NCBI GenBank assembly: GCA_903813345.2
Contig: CAIIXF020000001.1
Coordinates: 33,170,001 to 33,234,000 of the forward strand
Reading direction: 5' to 3'
Length of the DNA: 64,000 bases
Origin: Owenia fusiformis
Taxonomy: Eukaryota
Within the stretch, counting starts at the first letter, position 1. Each line of letters starts with the position of its first letter. The translations under genes were made by a program, and so were the position numbers. This document shows positions 51,001 through 63,728 of the stretch, in pieces. The notes below the pieces were generated by a model, which made no database searches, was not told the origin of the DNA, and was given only the letters and a program-made list of their open reading frames with translations.

Positions 51001-53904
51001 AATTCAGTACTTTGTCACTTTTTTCGATTTTCTCGGTTGTCCTTCAATATTTTCGATCCGGGTTTTTTTCATTGTGTTCCTTATAAAAAAGTAGGAAAGC
51101 TAGTGTCGATTTAGTTTTTTGATATCTCAACCCGATTTCGAGATATCAGTGTCCGAAAACGAGGTTCAAAAAAAAATTCTCCGAATCAAATGTCCAGGAT
51201 ATTAGTCTTATAGGAAATTTTCTCAGGATTCCGAATCTGAAAACCAAATTTAAATCAAACTTCCGGTTCGGAAGTTATGACGTTTTGAAAGCTCAAAAAT
51301 CGCTAAATTTGGTGCCCATGTTAAGTCAATGGGAAAAAAGATTTTTTTGAAGTGAAAAATACAAAATATAGACTGAGTTTAGCTTAATTTAATGAAAGCT
51401 TTTAAAAGAAGGGGACCTCAAAAGCCATTTAGCTTCAAAATTTTGACACCAAAATACCTAGGTCAAAATCTAGGTCAAATCCAAAGGTTTTCCTTATTTT
51501 TGTGATTCTGACACTACACTTTAATTATATTCCTCGAAATTGTGTATATATGTAGCCAAGAGTGTGTTAATAGTGTTAGCCTTTTGCCGTCAGAAAGTAT
51601 TTTGACCCACTTTTGAGATATGGTGTCCGAAAAGTAGGTCAAAATATGAAGTTCTCCAAATTTAACGTTTGAGTTATGAATTATTAATAGAATTTCCTCA
51701 GAAATCCGAATCTGCAAACCAAATTTCGATCTGACTTCCGGTTCCCAAGTTATGGCGTGTCCGAAAAGTAGGTCAAAATAAAAATTCGCCAAATTTAACA
51801 CATGATTTATGAATTAGGGGTAGAATTTGGTCAGGAATCCGAATCTTTAAATTAGATTTCGATCCGACTTCCGGTTCGTAAGTTATGGCGTTTTGAAATT
51901 TCGAAAAAATCGATCTGATGGTATCCTGATAGAAAGTCAAGAGTAGAGAAGAAAATATTGAAAAATACATCCATCCTTCCTACCTGATCCTATCCTATCC
52001 TTCCTATCTATCCTTCCTTCGTATCTTTTCCTTCCTATCCTCACCTATCATATCCTTTCTTCCTATTCTGTTCTATCCTATCCTTCTTTCTTATTCTATC
52101 CTATCGTTCCTTCCTATTCTATTCTATCCTACCTTCCTATTTTATCCATCCATCTTTTTCTGGATGACTCAGCTTATTCTGGATGACTCGGCTTATCCTG
52201 GATGACTCGGCTAAAAAAGGTCTAAATCTGGAGTCTGAAATTGAACTTCGTTCAATTTCCAAAGTCTAGTTATTATTATTATTCTTCTAAACACGTTTTC
52301 TCCTTAACCATAAGGTATCCAATAAAGACCATTATACAGTTCATTTGGGTTCAGTATCTAGTTGTTTGGAAATTGGGTCAAATTTTTATCTAGGTCAAAG
52401 GTCAGGAACTGGGTCAAATCCAGTACTTTGTCACTTTTTTCGATTTTCTCAGTCGTCCTTCAGTATTTTCGATCCGGGTTTTTTTCATTGTGTTCCTCAT
52501 AAAAAAGTAGGAAAGCTAGGGTCGATTTAGTTTTTTGATATCTCGGACCGATTTCGAGATATCAGTGTCCGAAAACGAGGTCCGTAAAAAAGTTCTCCGA
52601 ATCCAATGTCCAGGATATTATTCTTATAGGAAATTTTCTCAGGATTCCGAATCTGAAAACCGAATTGAAATCCGACTTCCGGTTCAGGAGTTATGACGTT
52701 TTGAAAGTTCGAGAAAAATCGATCTGATGGTACCCTCATAGAATGTCAAGAAAAGTGAAATAAAATTGAAAAAATACTAGTCCAGTCCATTTCCAGGTCC
52801 AAGTCAAGGTCAAGTCCAGGTCCAAGTCCAGTTTTGTCCAAGTCAACTCTAGGTCTAAATCCAGTCCAGGACCTAGATCAAAATCTAGGTCTATCCTATC
52901 CTTTCTATCTAGATGATCTTATTCTGGATGATTCTTCCTTCCTATCTATCCTTCCTTCCTATCCTTCCTTCCTATTCTATCCTTCCTTCCTATCCTTCCT
53001 TCCTATTCTATCCTATTCTTCCTTCTCATTCAATCCAAGTCCAGGTCCAAGTCAAGTCTAGGTCCAAGTCAAGTCTAGGTCTAAATCCAGTCCAGGGCCT
53101 AGGTCAAAATCTAGGTCAAATTCAAAGTTTTTCCTTATTTTTGCGATTCTGACACTACACTTTAATTATATTGTTCGAAATTTTGTATACGTGTAGCCAA
53201 GAGTGTGCTTATAGTGTAAGCCCTTTGCCGTCAGAAAGTATTTTGACCCACTTTTGAGATATGGTTTCCGAAAAGTAGGTCAAAATAAAAATTTCTCCAA
53301 ATTTAACGTTTGAGTTATGAATTAAGAATAGAATTTTCTCAAAAATCCGAATCTGCAAACCAAATTTTGATCCGACTTCCGGTTCCGAAGTGATGGTGTG
53401 TCCAAAAAGTAGGTCAAAATAAAAATTCGCCAAATTTAACGTATGAGTTATGAATTAGGGGTAGAATTTTGTCAGGAATCCGAATCTTTAAATCAAATTT
53501 CGACCCGACTTCCGCTTCGGAAGTTATGGCGTTTTGAAATTTTGGGAAATCGATGTGATGGTATCCTGATAGAAATTCAAGAGTAGAGAAGAAAATATTG
53601 AAAAATTCATCCATCCTTCCTATCTGATCCTATCCTATCCTTCCTATCTATCCTTCCTTCCTATCCTTCCTATCCTCTCCTATCATATCCTTTCTTCCTA
53701 TTCTGTTCTATCCTATCCTTCTTTCTTATTCTATCCCATCGTTCCTTCCCATTCTATCCTATCCTACCTTCCTATTTCCATCTTATTCTGCATGACTCAG
53801 CTTATTCTGGATGACTCGGCTTATTTTAGATGACTGGGCTTAAAAAAGTCTAGATCTGGAGTCTGAAATTGAACTATGTTCAATTTCCAAAGTCTAGTTA
53901 TTTA

Positions 53905-56900
53905 TTCTTCCTCCCTCTTTTTCTCCTACTTCTAGCTAGGTCTGAGTTAACTCTTATATGCTCCTACTAGGAACTTTGGCTGAACTTGGCGGGAAAGGAA
54001 TTTTTATCTAGGTCAAGGTCAAAGGTCAAAATCTAGGTTTACTCTAAGTTTTTTTAAAGTTTCTCAAATCTTGACACTACACATCAATATTTTTGGCTGA
54101 ATTTTTGCATACAGATAGATATTAGTATTCTATTAGTCTGAGCTTTTTGCCGTCTAGAGAAATTTTGCCTAGATTTTGAGATATTGAAGGTCAAAAAAAG
54201 GTCAAAAAAGGTCTTTTTTCAACTTGCTTCAAATTGACCAAAATTTTTTTAAGACTCATCTACAAGTTCTCAGGATTCCAAATCTGACCTTACTTTTGAC
54301 CTTTGGTTGACCTTCAGTGACCTCCGAAAGGTCAAAAAGTTGATTTTTCAAATCGATTTTCTGGATTCAAATTTAGGTATATTTTTTACAAAAGATCTTC
54401 TGAGGTCTAAAAAAGTAAAATTTGCAAGGTCAAAGGTCAAGGTCATCAAAGGAAATCACAAACTGTGTTTTCTAAGTTTCTCAAAATTGGAGACTACAAA
54501 TCAATTTTTTTTACTGAAAGTCAGAATATATATTCCTCTAAAGGTTCTACACATATTAGCAATTGACTATTTATTAAAATTTTGCTCCAGTTTTGAGATA
54601 TTAGAACTCAAAAACTGAAAAAAGGTCAAATTTCAAAATTTTTCAAGGTCAAATTTCAACTTGCTCTAAATTGACCAAACCTTTTTTTAAAAAGCATCTA
54701 CAAGATCTCAGGAACTCAAATCTGACCTTAGTTTTGAACTATGACCTTTAGTTGACCTTCAGTGACCTTCGAAAGGTCAAAAAAGTTAATTTTTCAAATT
54801 GATTTTCTGGATTCAAATTTAGGTTTCTTCAATCAGAAAAGATATACTGAGGTCTAAAAAAGTAAAACCTGTAAGGTCAAAGGTCAAGGTCATCAAACAA
54901 GATCACAAACTGTGTTTTCTAAGTTTCTCAAAGTTTGTGACTACAAATCAATATTTTTGAATTAAAGTCAGGATATATATTCCTCTAAAGGTTTTACACA
55001 TAATAACAATTGATTATCTATTAAAATTCTGCACCAGTTTTGAGATATTGGACCTCAAAAACTGAAAAAGGTCTAATGTTGAAATTTTTCAAGGTCAAAT
55101 TTCACATTGCATCAAATTGACCAAACTTTTTTTTAAAAATCATCTACAAGATGCCTGGAGTTCATATATGTCCTTGTATTTAAGATTTGACCTTTGGCTG
55201 ACCTTTAAATGTTCAAAAAAGCCTACGGGGCCTCCGTAAGATTGCTTGCAATCTTCTAGTTATTATTCTTTATTATTATTTATTCTTCTCTGCACTTTTT
55301 CTCCTACTTCTAACTAGATTTCAACTATCTACTATATGTACCTACTAGGGACCTAGGTTGAACTTACCAGGAAAGGAATTTTTATCTAGGTCAAGGTCAA
55401 AGGTCAAAATCTAGGTCAAATCAAAGTTTTTTCAAAGTTTCTCAGATTTCGTCCTCATACTTCATTATTTCTTGCGATGAATTAAAATGTAACTAGATAT
55501 AAGCATTCCCTACAAATTACTCACTATATGTTCGCGTTAATTTTTTACCGTTTTTGAGATAATTGACGTCAAAAAATGGTAAAAATTGGTCATTTTTTAA
55601 CTTGCTTCAAATTGACCAAATTTTTTTTTAAAAATCATCTACAAGTTCTCAGGAACTCAAATCTGACCTTAGTTTTGACCTTTGACCTTTGGTTGACCTT
55701 CAGTGACCTTCGAAAGGTAAAAAAAGTTGATTTTTCAAATTGATTTTCTGGATTCAAATTTAGGTACATTTGATTACAAAAGACCCACTGAGGTCTAAAA
55801 AAGTAAAATTTGCAAGGTCAAAGGTCAAGGTCATCAAACTAAATCACAAACTGTGTTTTCTAAGTTTCTAAGTTTTGGTGACTACAAATCAATATTTTTT
55901 CATGAAAGTCAGGATATATATTCCTCTATAGGTTCTACACGTATTAGTAATTGACTATTTATTAAAATTGTGTACCAGTTTTGAGATATTAGAACTCAAA
56001 AACTGAAAAAAGGTCACATTTCGAAACTTTTCAAGACTAAATTTCAACTTGCTTCAAATTGACCAAATGTTTTTTTAAAACTCATCTACAAGTTCTCAGG
56101 ATTCCAAATCTGACCTTACTTTTGACCTTTGACCTTTGGTTGACCTTCAGTGACCTCCGAAAGGTCAAAAAAGTTGATTTTTCAACTCGATTTTCTGGAT
56201 TCAAATTTAGGTATATTTATTCACAAAAGACCCACTGAGGTCTAAAAAAGTAAAATTTGCAAGGTCAAAGGTCAAGGTCATCAAACGAAATCACAAACTG
56301 TGTTTTCTAAGTTTCTCAAAATTGGAGACTACAAATCATTTTTTTTACTGAAAGTCAGAATATAAATTCCTCTAAAGGTTCTACACATATTAGCACTCGA
56401 CTATTTATTAAAATTTTGCTCCAGTTTTGAGATATTAGAACTGAAAAACTGAAAAAAGGTCAAATTTCGAAATTTTTCAAGGTCAAATTTCAACTTGCTC
56501 TAAATTGACCAATTTTTTTTTAAAAGCATCTACAAGATCTCAGGAACTCAAATCTGACCTTAGTTTTGAACTATGACCTTTAGTTGACCTTCAGTGACCT
56601 TCGAAAGGTCAAAAAAGTTAATTTTTCAAATTGATTTTATGGATTCAAATTTAGGTTTCTTCAATCAGAAAAGATATACTGAGGTCTAAAAAAGTAAAAC
56701 CTGTAAGGTCAAAGGTCATCAAACAAGATCACAAACTGTGTTTTCTAAGTTTCTCAAAGTTTGTGACTACAAATCAATATTTTTGAATTAAAGTCAGGAT
56801 ATATATTACTCTAAAGGTTTTACACATAATAACAATTGATTATCTATTAAAATTCTGCACCAGTTTTGAGATATTGGACCTCAAAAACTGAAAAAGGTCT

Positions 56901-57114
56901 AATGTTGAAATTTTTCAAGGTCAAATTTCACATTGCTTCAAATTGACCAAACTTTTTTTTTAAAATCATCTACAAGATGCCTGGAGTTCATATATGTCCT
57001 TGTTTTTAAGATTTGACCTTTGGCTGACCTTTAAATGTTCAAAAAAGCCTACGGGGCCTCCGTAAGATTGCTTGCAATCTTTATACGATTGCTTGCAATC
57101 TTATACATCTAGTT
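53905..57114 (+). repeat. Two family B bodies built from ~440-bp tandem core repeats
   Basis: aaattgacc anchors at ~54232, 54669, 55114 and ~55609, 56055, 56502, 56940; 55282-57114 is near-identical to 60540-62377. Confidence 0.85.
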
Positions 57115-57118
57115 ATTC

Positions 57119-58815
57119 TTTATTAGACTCCAGATAAAATCTGGAGTCTATTGCTTTTGCCAGTTTTCTTTTTATTATTATTTTTTTTCTTATTCTTCCT
57201 CCTTACAAGATTTCTCACCAACTAGAAAAACTTACTTTAAGCTGCTTACATGATCAACTAGGGAATGTATCTGGGATTATGGGAAATTAGGTCAAATTTT
57301 TATCTAGGTCAAAGGTCAAGAACTAGGTCAAATCCAGTACTTTGTCACTTTTTCCCATTATCTCGGTCGTCCTTCAATATTTTTGATCCAGGTTTTTTTC
57401 ATTGTGTTCCTCATAAAAAAGTAGAAAAGCTAGGGTCGATTTAGTTTTTTGGTATCTCAAACCGATTTCGAGATATCAGTGTCCGAAAACGAGGTCCAAA
57501 AAAAAGTTCTTCGAATCCAATGTCCAGGATATCAGTCTTATAGGAAATTTTCTCAGGATTCCGAATCTGAAAACCAAATTTCGATCTGACTTCCGGTTCA
57601 GAAGTTATGGCGTTTTGAAAATTCAAAAATCGCTAAATTTGGTGCCCCATGTTAATTCAATGGGAAAAAATATTTTTTTGAAGTGTAAAATACGAGATAT
57701 AGACTAAGCACAGCTAGACATAATGGAAGCCCATAAAAGAAAGGGACCTCAAGACCTTCTTTTCATAAAAATTTGGACACCAAAATGCCTAGGTCAAAAT
57801 CTAGGTCAAATTCAAAGTTTTTCCTTATTTTTGCGATTCTGACACTACAGATTAATTATATTCTTCGAAATTTTGTATACATGTAGCCAAGAGTGTGGTC
57901 ATAGTGTTAGCCTTTTGCCGTCAGAAAGTATTTTGACCCACTTTTGAGATATGGTGTCCGAAAAGTAGGTCAAAATAAAAATTTCTCCAAACTCAACGTA
58001 TGAGTTATGAATTAAGGATAGAATTTGCTCAGGAATCCGAATCTGCAAACCAAATTTCGATCCGACTTCCCGTTCGGGAGTTATGGCGTTTTGAAATTTC
58101 GAGAAAAATCGATCTGATGGTATCCTGATAGAAAGTCAAGGAAAAAAGATTTTTTTGAAGTGTAAAATACGAGATATAGACTGAGTACAGCTTAAGATAA
58201 TGAATTCCTATAAAAGAAGGGGACCTCAAAAGCTACCTAGTTTCAATATTTGGACACCAAAATGCCTAGGTCAAAATCTAGGTCAAATTCATAGTTTTTC
58301 CTTATTTTTACGATTCTGGCACTAAACTTTTAGGATTTGCTTCAAAATTTTGTATACAGGTAGAAAAGAGTGTGCTAATAGTGATAGCCTTTTGCCGTCA
58401 GAAAGTATTTTGACCCATTTTTGAGATATGGAGTCCTAAAAGTGGGTCAAAATAAAAAAATCTCCAAATTTAATGTATGAGTTATGAAATAAGGGTAGAA
58501 TTTTCCCAGGAATCTGAATCTGCAAACTAAATTTCAATCCGACTTTCGGTCAAAAATTCCTACTTACCTACCTACCTACATACCTACTCGGCTACCTACT
58601 TAGCTACCTACTTCTCGGCTACCTACTCAGCTACTTACTCAGCTACCTACTCAGCTGCTTACCCAGCTTCCTTCACAGCTACCTACTCAGCTACTCACTC
58701 AATTAATTAATCATCTACTTACTCAGCTTGCTACTCAGTTACTTACTCAGCTACCTACTCAAGTAAATCAATCTGGAGTCTTAAATTGAACTTTGTTCAA
58801 TTTACCAATCTAGTT
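57119..58815 (+). mobile_element. Complete un-nested HINE family A element (~1.7 kb); sister copy 58814-60535
   Basis: Head palindrome, TTA tract, body, CTAC/TCAG microsatellite, subTIR, hairpin, CTAG-TT. Confidence 0.88.
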
Positions 58816-61800
58816 ATTAGACTCCAGATGAAAATCTGGAGTCTATTGCTTTTGCCAGTTTTCTTTTTATTATTATTTTTTTTCTTATTCTTCCTCCTTA
58901 CAAGATTTCTCACCAACTAGAAGAACTTACTTTAAGCTGCTTACATGATCAACTAGGGAATGTATCTGGGATTATGGGAAATTAGGTCAAATTTTTATCT
59001 AGGTCAAAGGTCAAGAACTAGGTCAAATCCAGTACTTTGTCACTTTTTCCCATTATCTCGGTCGTCCTTCAATATTTTTGATCCGGGTTTTTTTCATTGT
59101 GTTCCTCATAAAAAAGTAGAAAAGCTAGGGTCGATTTAGTTTTTTGGTATCTCAAACCGATTTCGAGATATCAGTGTCCGAAAACGAGGTCCAAAAAAAA
59201 GTTCTCCGAATCCAATGTCCAGGATATCAGTCTTATAGGAAATTTTCTCAGGATTCCGAATCTGAAAACTAAATTTCGATCTGACTTCCGGTTCAGAAGT
59301 TATGGCGTTTTGAAAATTCAAAAATCGCTAAATTTGGTGCCCCGTGTTAATTCAATGGGAAAAAATATTTTTTTGAAGTGTAAAATACGAGATATAGACT
59401 AAGCACAGCTAAACATAATGGAAGCCCATAAAAGAAAGGGACCTCAAGACCTTCTTTTCATAAAAATTTGGACACCAAAATGCCTAGGTCAAAATCTAGG
59501 TCAAATTCAAAGTTTTTCCTTATTTTTGCGATTCTGACACTACAGATTAATTATATTCTTCGAAATTTTGTATACCTGTAGCCAAGAGTGTGCTTATAGT
59601 GTTAGCCTTTTGCCGTCAGAAAGTATTTTGACCCACTTTTGAGATATGGTGTCCGAAATATAGGTCAAAATAAAAATTTCTCCAAACTCAACGTATGAGT
59701 TATGAATTAAGGATAGAATTTTCTCAGGAATCCGAATCTGCAAACCAAATTTTGATCTGACTGCCCGTTCGGAAGTTATGGCGTTTTGAAATTTCGAGAA
59801 AAATCGATCTGATGGTATCCTGATAGAAAGTCAAGGAAAAAAGATTTTTTTTGAAGTGTAAAATACGAGATATAGACTGAGAACAGCTTAAGATAATGAG
59901 TTCCTATAAAAGAAGGGGACCTCAAAAGCTACCTAGTTTCAATATTTGGACACCAAAATGCCTAGGTCAAAATCTAGGTCAAATTCATAGTTTTTCCTTA
60001 TTTTTTCGATTTTGACACTACACTTTAATGATTTGCTTCGAAATTTTGTATACAGGTAGAAAAGAGTGTGCTCATAGTGATAGCCCTTTGCCGTCAGAAA
60101 GTATTTTGACCCATTTTTGAGATATGGCGTCCTAAAGGTGGGTCAAAATAAAAAAATCTCCAAATTTAATGTATGAGTTATGAAATAAGGGTAGAATTTT
60201 CCCAGGAATCTGAATCTGCAAACTAAATTTCAATGTGACTTTCGGTCAAAAATTCCTACTTACCTACCTACCTACATACCTACTCGGCTACCTACTTAGC
60301 TACCTACTTCTCGGCTACCTACTCAGCTACTTACTCAGCTACCTACTCAGCTACTTACTCAGCTACCTACTCAGCTGCTTACTCAGCTTCCTTCTCAGCT
60401 ACCTACTCAGCTACTCACTCAATTACTTAATCATCTACTTACTCAGCTTGCTACTCAGTTACTTACTCAGCTATCTACTCAAGTAAATCAATCTGGAGTC
60501 TTAAATTGAACTTTGTTCAATTTACCAATCTAGTTATTTATTCTTCTCTGCACTTTTTCTCCTACTTCTAACTAGATTTCAACTATCTACTATATGTACC
60601 TACTAGGGACCTAGGTTGAACTTACCGGGAAAGGAATTTTTATCTAGGTCAAGGTCAAAGGTAAAAATCTAGGTCAAATCAAAGTTTTTTCTAAGTTTCT
60701 CAGATTTCGTCCTCATACTTCATTATTTCTTGCGATGAATTAAAATGTAACTAGATATAAGCATTCCCTACAAATTACTCACTATATGTTCGCGTTAATT
60801 TTTTACCGTTTTTGAGATAATTGACATCAAAAAATGGTAAAAATTGGTCATTTTTTAACTTGCTTCAAATTGACCAAATTTTTTTTAAAAATCATCTACA
60901 AGTTCTCAGGAACTCAAATCTGACCTTAGTTTTGACCTTTGACCTTTGGTTGACCTTCAGTGACCTCCGAAAGGTAAAAAAAGTTGATTTTTCAAATTGA
61001 TTTTCTGGATTCAAATTTAGGTACATTTGATTACAAAAGACCCACTGAGGTCTAAAAAAGTAAAATTTGCAAGGTCAAAGGTCAAGGTCATCAAACTAAA
61101 TCACAAACTGTGTTTTCTAAGTTTCTAAGTTTTGGTGACTACAAATCAATATTTTTTCATGAAAGTCAGGATATATATTCCTCTATAGGTTCTACACGTA
61201 TTAGTAATTGACTATTTATTAAAATTGTGTACCAGTTTTGAGATATTAGAACTCAAAAACTGAAAAAAGGTCACATTTCGAAACTTTTCAAGACTAAATT
61301 TCAACTTGCTTCAAATTGACCAAATGTTTTTTTAAAACTCATCTACAAGTTCTCAGCATTCCAAATCTGACCTTACTCTTGACCTTTGACCTTTGGTTGA
61401 CCTTCAGTGACCTCCGAAAGGTCAAAAAAGTTGATTTTTCAACTCGATTTTCTGGATTCAAATTTAGGTATATTTATTCACAAAAGACCCACTGAGGTCT
61501 AAAAAAGTAAAATTTGCAAGGTCAAAGGTCAAGGTCATCAAACGAAATCACAAACTGTGTTTTCTAAGTTTCTCAAAATTGGAGACTACAAATCATTTTT
61601 TTTACTGAAAGTCAGAATATATATTCCTCTAAAGGTTCTACACATATTAGCACTCGACTATTTATTAAAATTTTGCTCCAGTTTTGAGATATTAGAACTG
61701 AAAAACTGAAAAAAGGTCAAATTTCGAAATTTTTCAAGGTCAAATTTCAACTTGCTCTAAATTGACCAATTTTTTTTTAAAAGCATCTACAAGATCTCAG

Positions 61801-62392
61801 GAACTCAAATCTGACCTTAGTTTTGAACTATGACCTTTAGTTGACCTTCAGTGACCTTCGAAAGGTCAAAAAAGTTAATTTTTCAAATTGATTTTATTGA
61901 TTCAAATTTAGGTTTCTTCAATCAGAAAAGATATACTGAGGTCTAAAAAAGTAAAACCTGTAAGGTCAAAGGTCAAGGTCATCAAACAAGATCACAAACT
62001 GTGTTTTCTAAGTTTCTCAAAGTTTGTGACTACAAATCAATATTTTTGAATTAAAGTCAGGATATATATTCCTCTAAAGGTTTTACACATAATAACAATT
62101 GATTATCTATTAAAATTCTGCACCAGTTTTGAGATATTGGACCTCAAAAACTGAAAAAGGTCTAATGTTGAAATTTTTCAAGGTCAAATTTCACATTGCT
62201 TCAAATTGACCAAACTTTTTTTTAAAAATCATCTACAAGATGCCTGGAGTTCATATATGTCCTTGTTTTTAAGATTTGACCTTTGGCTGACCTTTAAATG
62301 TTCAAAAAAGCCTACGGGGCCTCCGTAAGATTGCTTGCAATCTTTATACGATTGCTTGCAATCTTATACATCTAGTTATTATTATTATTATT

Positions 62393-63269
62393 ATTCATAT
62401 TTGGTATGTAAATATTTTAAGCATGGCACAATGTCTAATGACATTTTGGGTAGTAGGAGGCCATTTTGAAAAATGGCCGCCATTTTTACGTGTGTTATTT
62501 TACATTTTTTTACTATAACTCAAAAAGTAGTAGAGCGATTTTGTTTATATTTTATATGTGAATACTATAAGCATGGCACACTGTCTAATGACACTTTGGG
62601 TAGTAGGCGGCCATTTTGAATAATGGCCACCATTTTTACGTTTTTTACTATAACTTGAAAAGTAGTGGAGCGATTTTGTTCATATTTGATATGTAAATTC
62701 TCATGAGCCTTCCACACTGTCTCATGACACCGCGTAGTAGGCGGCCATTTTAAAAATGGCTGTCATTTTTACATTTTTTACTATAACTTGAAAAGTATTG
62801 GAGCGATTTTGTTCATATTTGATATGTGAATACTTTAAGCATGGCACATTGTCTAATAAAACTTTGGGGAGAAGTCAGCCATTTTAAAAAATGCCACCAT
62901 TTTTATGTGTGTTCTTATACATTTTTATTAAAACTCAAAAAGTAATAGAGCGATTTTGTTCATATTTGATATGTGAATACTTGTAAGGATTGCATACTGT
63001 CTTATGACATTTTGGGTAGTAGGCGGCGATTTTAAAAAATGACCAGCATTTACATGTATGTGTGTGACATTATTTAAAAATTTTATATGTGGCTACTTAA
63101 AAGCATATTACTTCTTCTGATGACAACTTGGCTAATGAGCAACCATTTTGAAAATGGTGGCTTTTCTTATGGGTGTTATTTAATGATTCTATATATTTCG
63201 TTTGTAAAAATGCCAGCCATTTCTGTTCGATGGGATTCGCTACGCTTTAGCGTTGCCGTTGTTCTGGTT
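62393..63269 (+). mobile_element. HINE family C, 3' half (split copy)
   Basis: Core repeats ttcatatttggtatgt...ggccattttgaaaaatggc, then subTIR gttcgatgggat (63225-63236) and ...gttgttctggtt, as in 8490-8527. Confidence 0.85.
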
Positions 63270-63462
63270 GAATGATGTATCACTAGTAGGAAAATCAAAG
63301 GGATTGGTCCATAAAAAGTATCTGTGTATAAAAGCGTCTATTACTTATTGATCACCCCTCGTAAGCACCATTTTAGTTGATTTGAATACTTCTTAATTTA
63401 TGACAGTGCTACCAAATAAAATGTTTTTCTACCTTAAACTTCAGACATTAAGGTACTGATAC

Positions 63463-63728
63463 GGGTTTGTAGAAAAAATGGGTACCTGGTAGTAAATCCT
63501 CCATGCTGGGTTCAAACTTGGTACCAGGTACCCAGTCGAAAAAACCGGGTACCCAAGAAAACGAAAAATATGAATATATAACATAGAAAACGTGTAAGAT
63601 ATGTTTTGAATTTACAAAAATGTATGTAACTTCCTTCAAAATAAAATAAAATAAAATATGCTTCAAATATAAAGCATTTTAAGGCTCTTTTCTTCCTCTA
63701 TCATCATGGTCATATTTTCATTCGTTAT
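63463..63728. mobile_element. Single arm of the 32315-32822 foldback family
   Basis: gggtttgtagaaaaaa..gggtacc..gtaaatcctccatgctgggttcaaacttggtacc...catattttcatt. Confidence 0.85.

Larger units (their letters stand above)
45091..62377 (+). mobile_element. Nested/tandem array of HINE families A and B
   Basis: A tails (atctggagtct + hairpin + CTAGTT) end at 45332, ~47231 (truncated), 49129, 50864, 52271, 53899, 58815 and 60535. B tails (ggggcctcc + aagattgc-tt-gcaatctt + CTAGTT) end at 55261, 57114 and 62377. Heads at 49129-49420, 57119 and 58814. Confidence 0.88.

Noticed and set aside
13564..59321. Recurrent short ORFs (MNFQNAITSEPEV..., MVNLGPESSSSEIG..., ILSYPS-rich)
   Set aside because: Translations of non-coding repeat bodies and microsatellites; frames are not preserved between copies.
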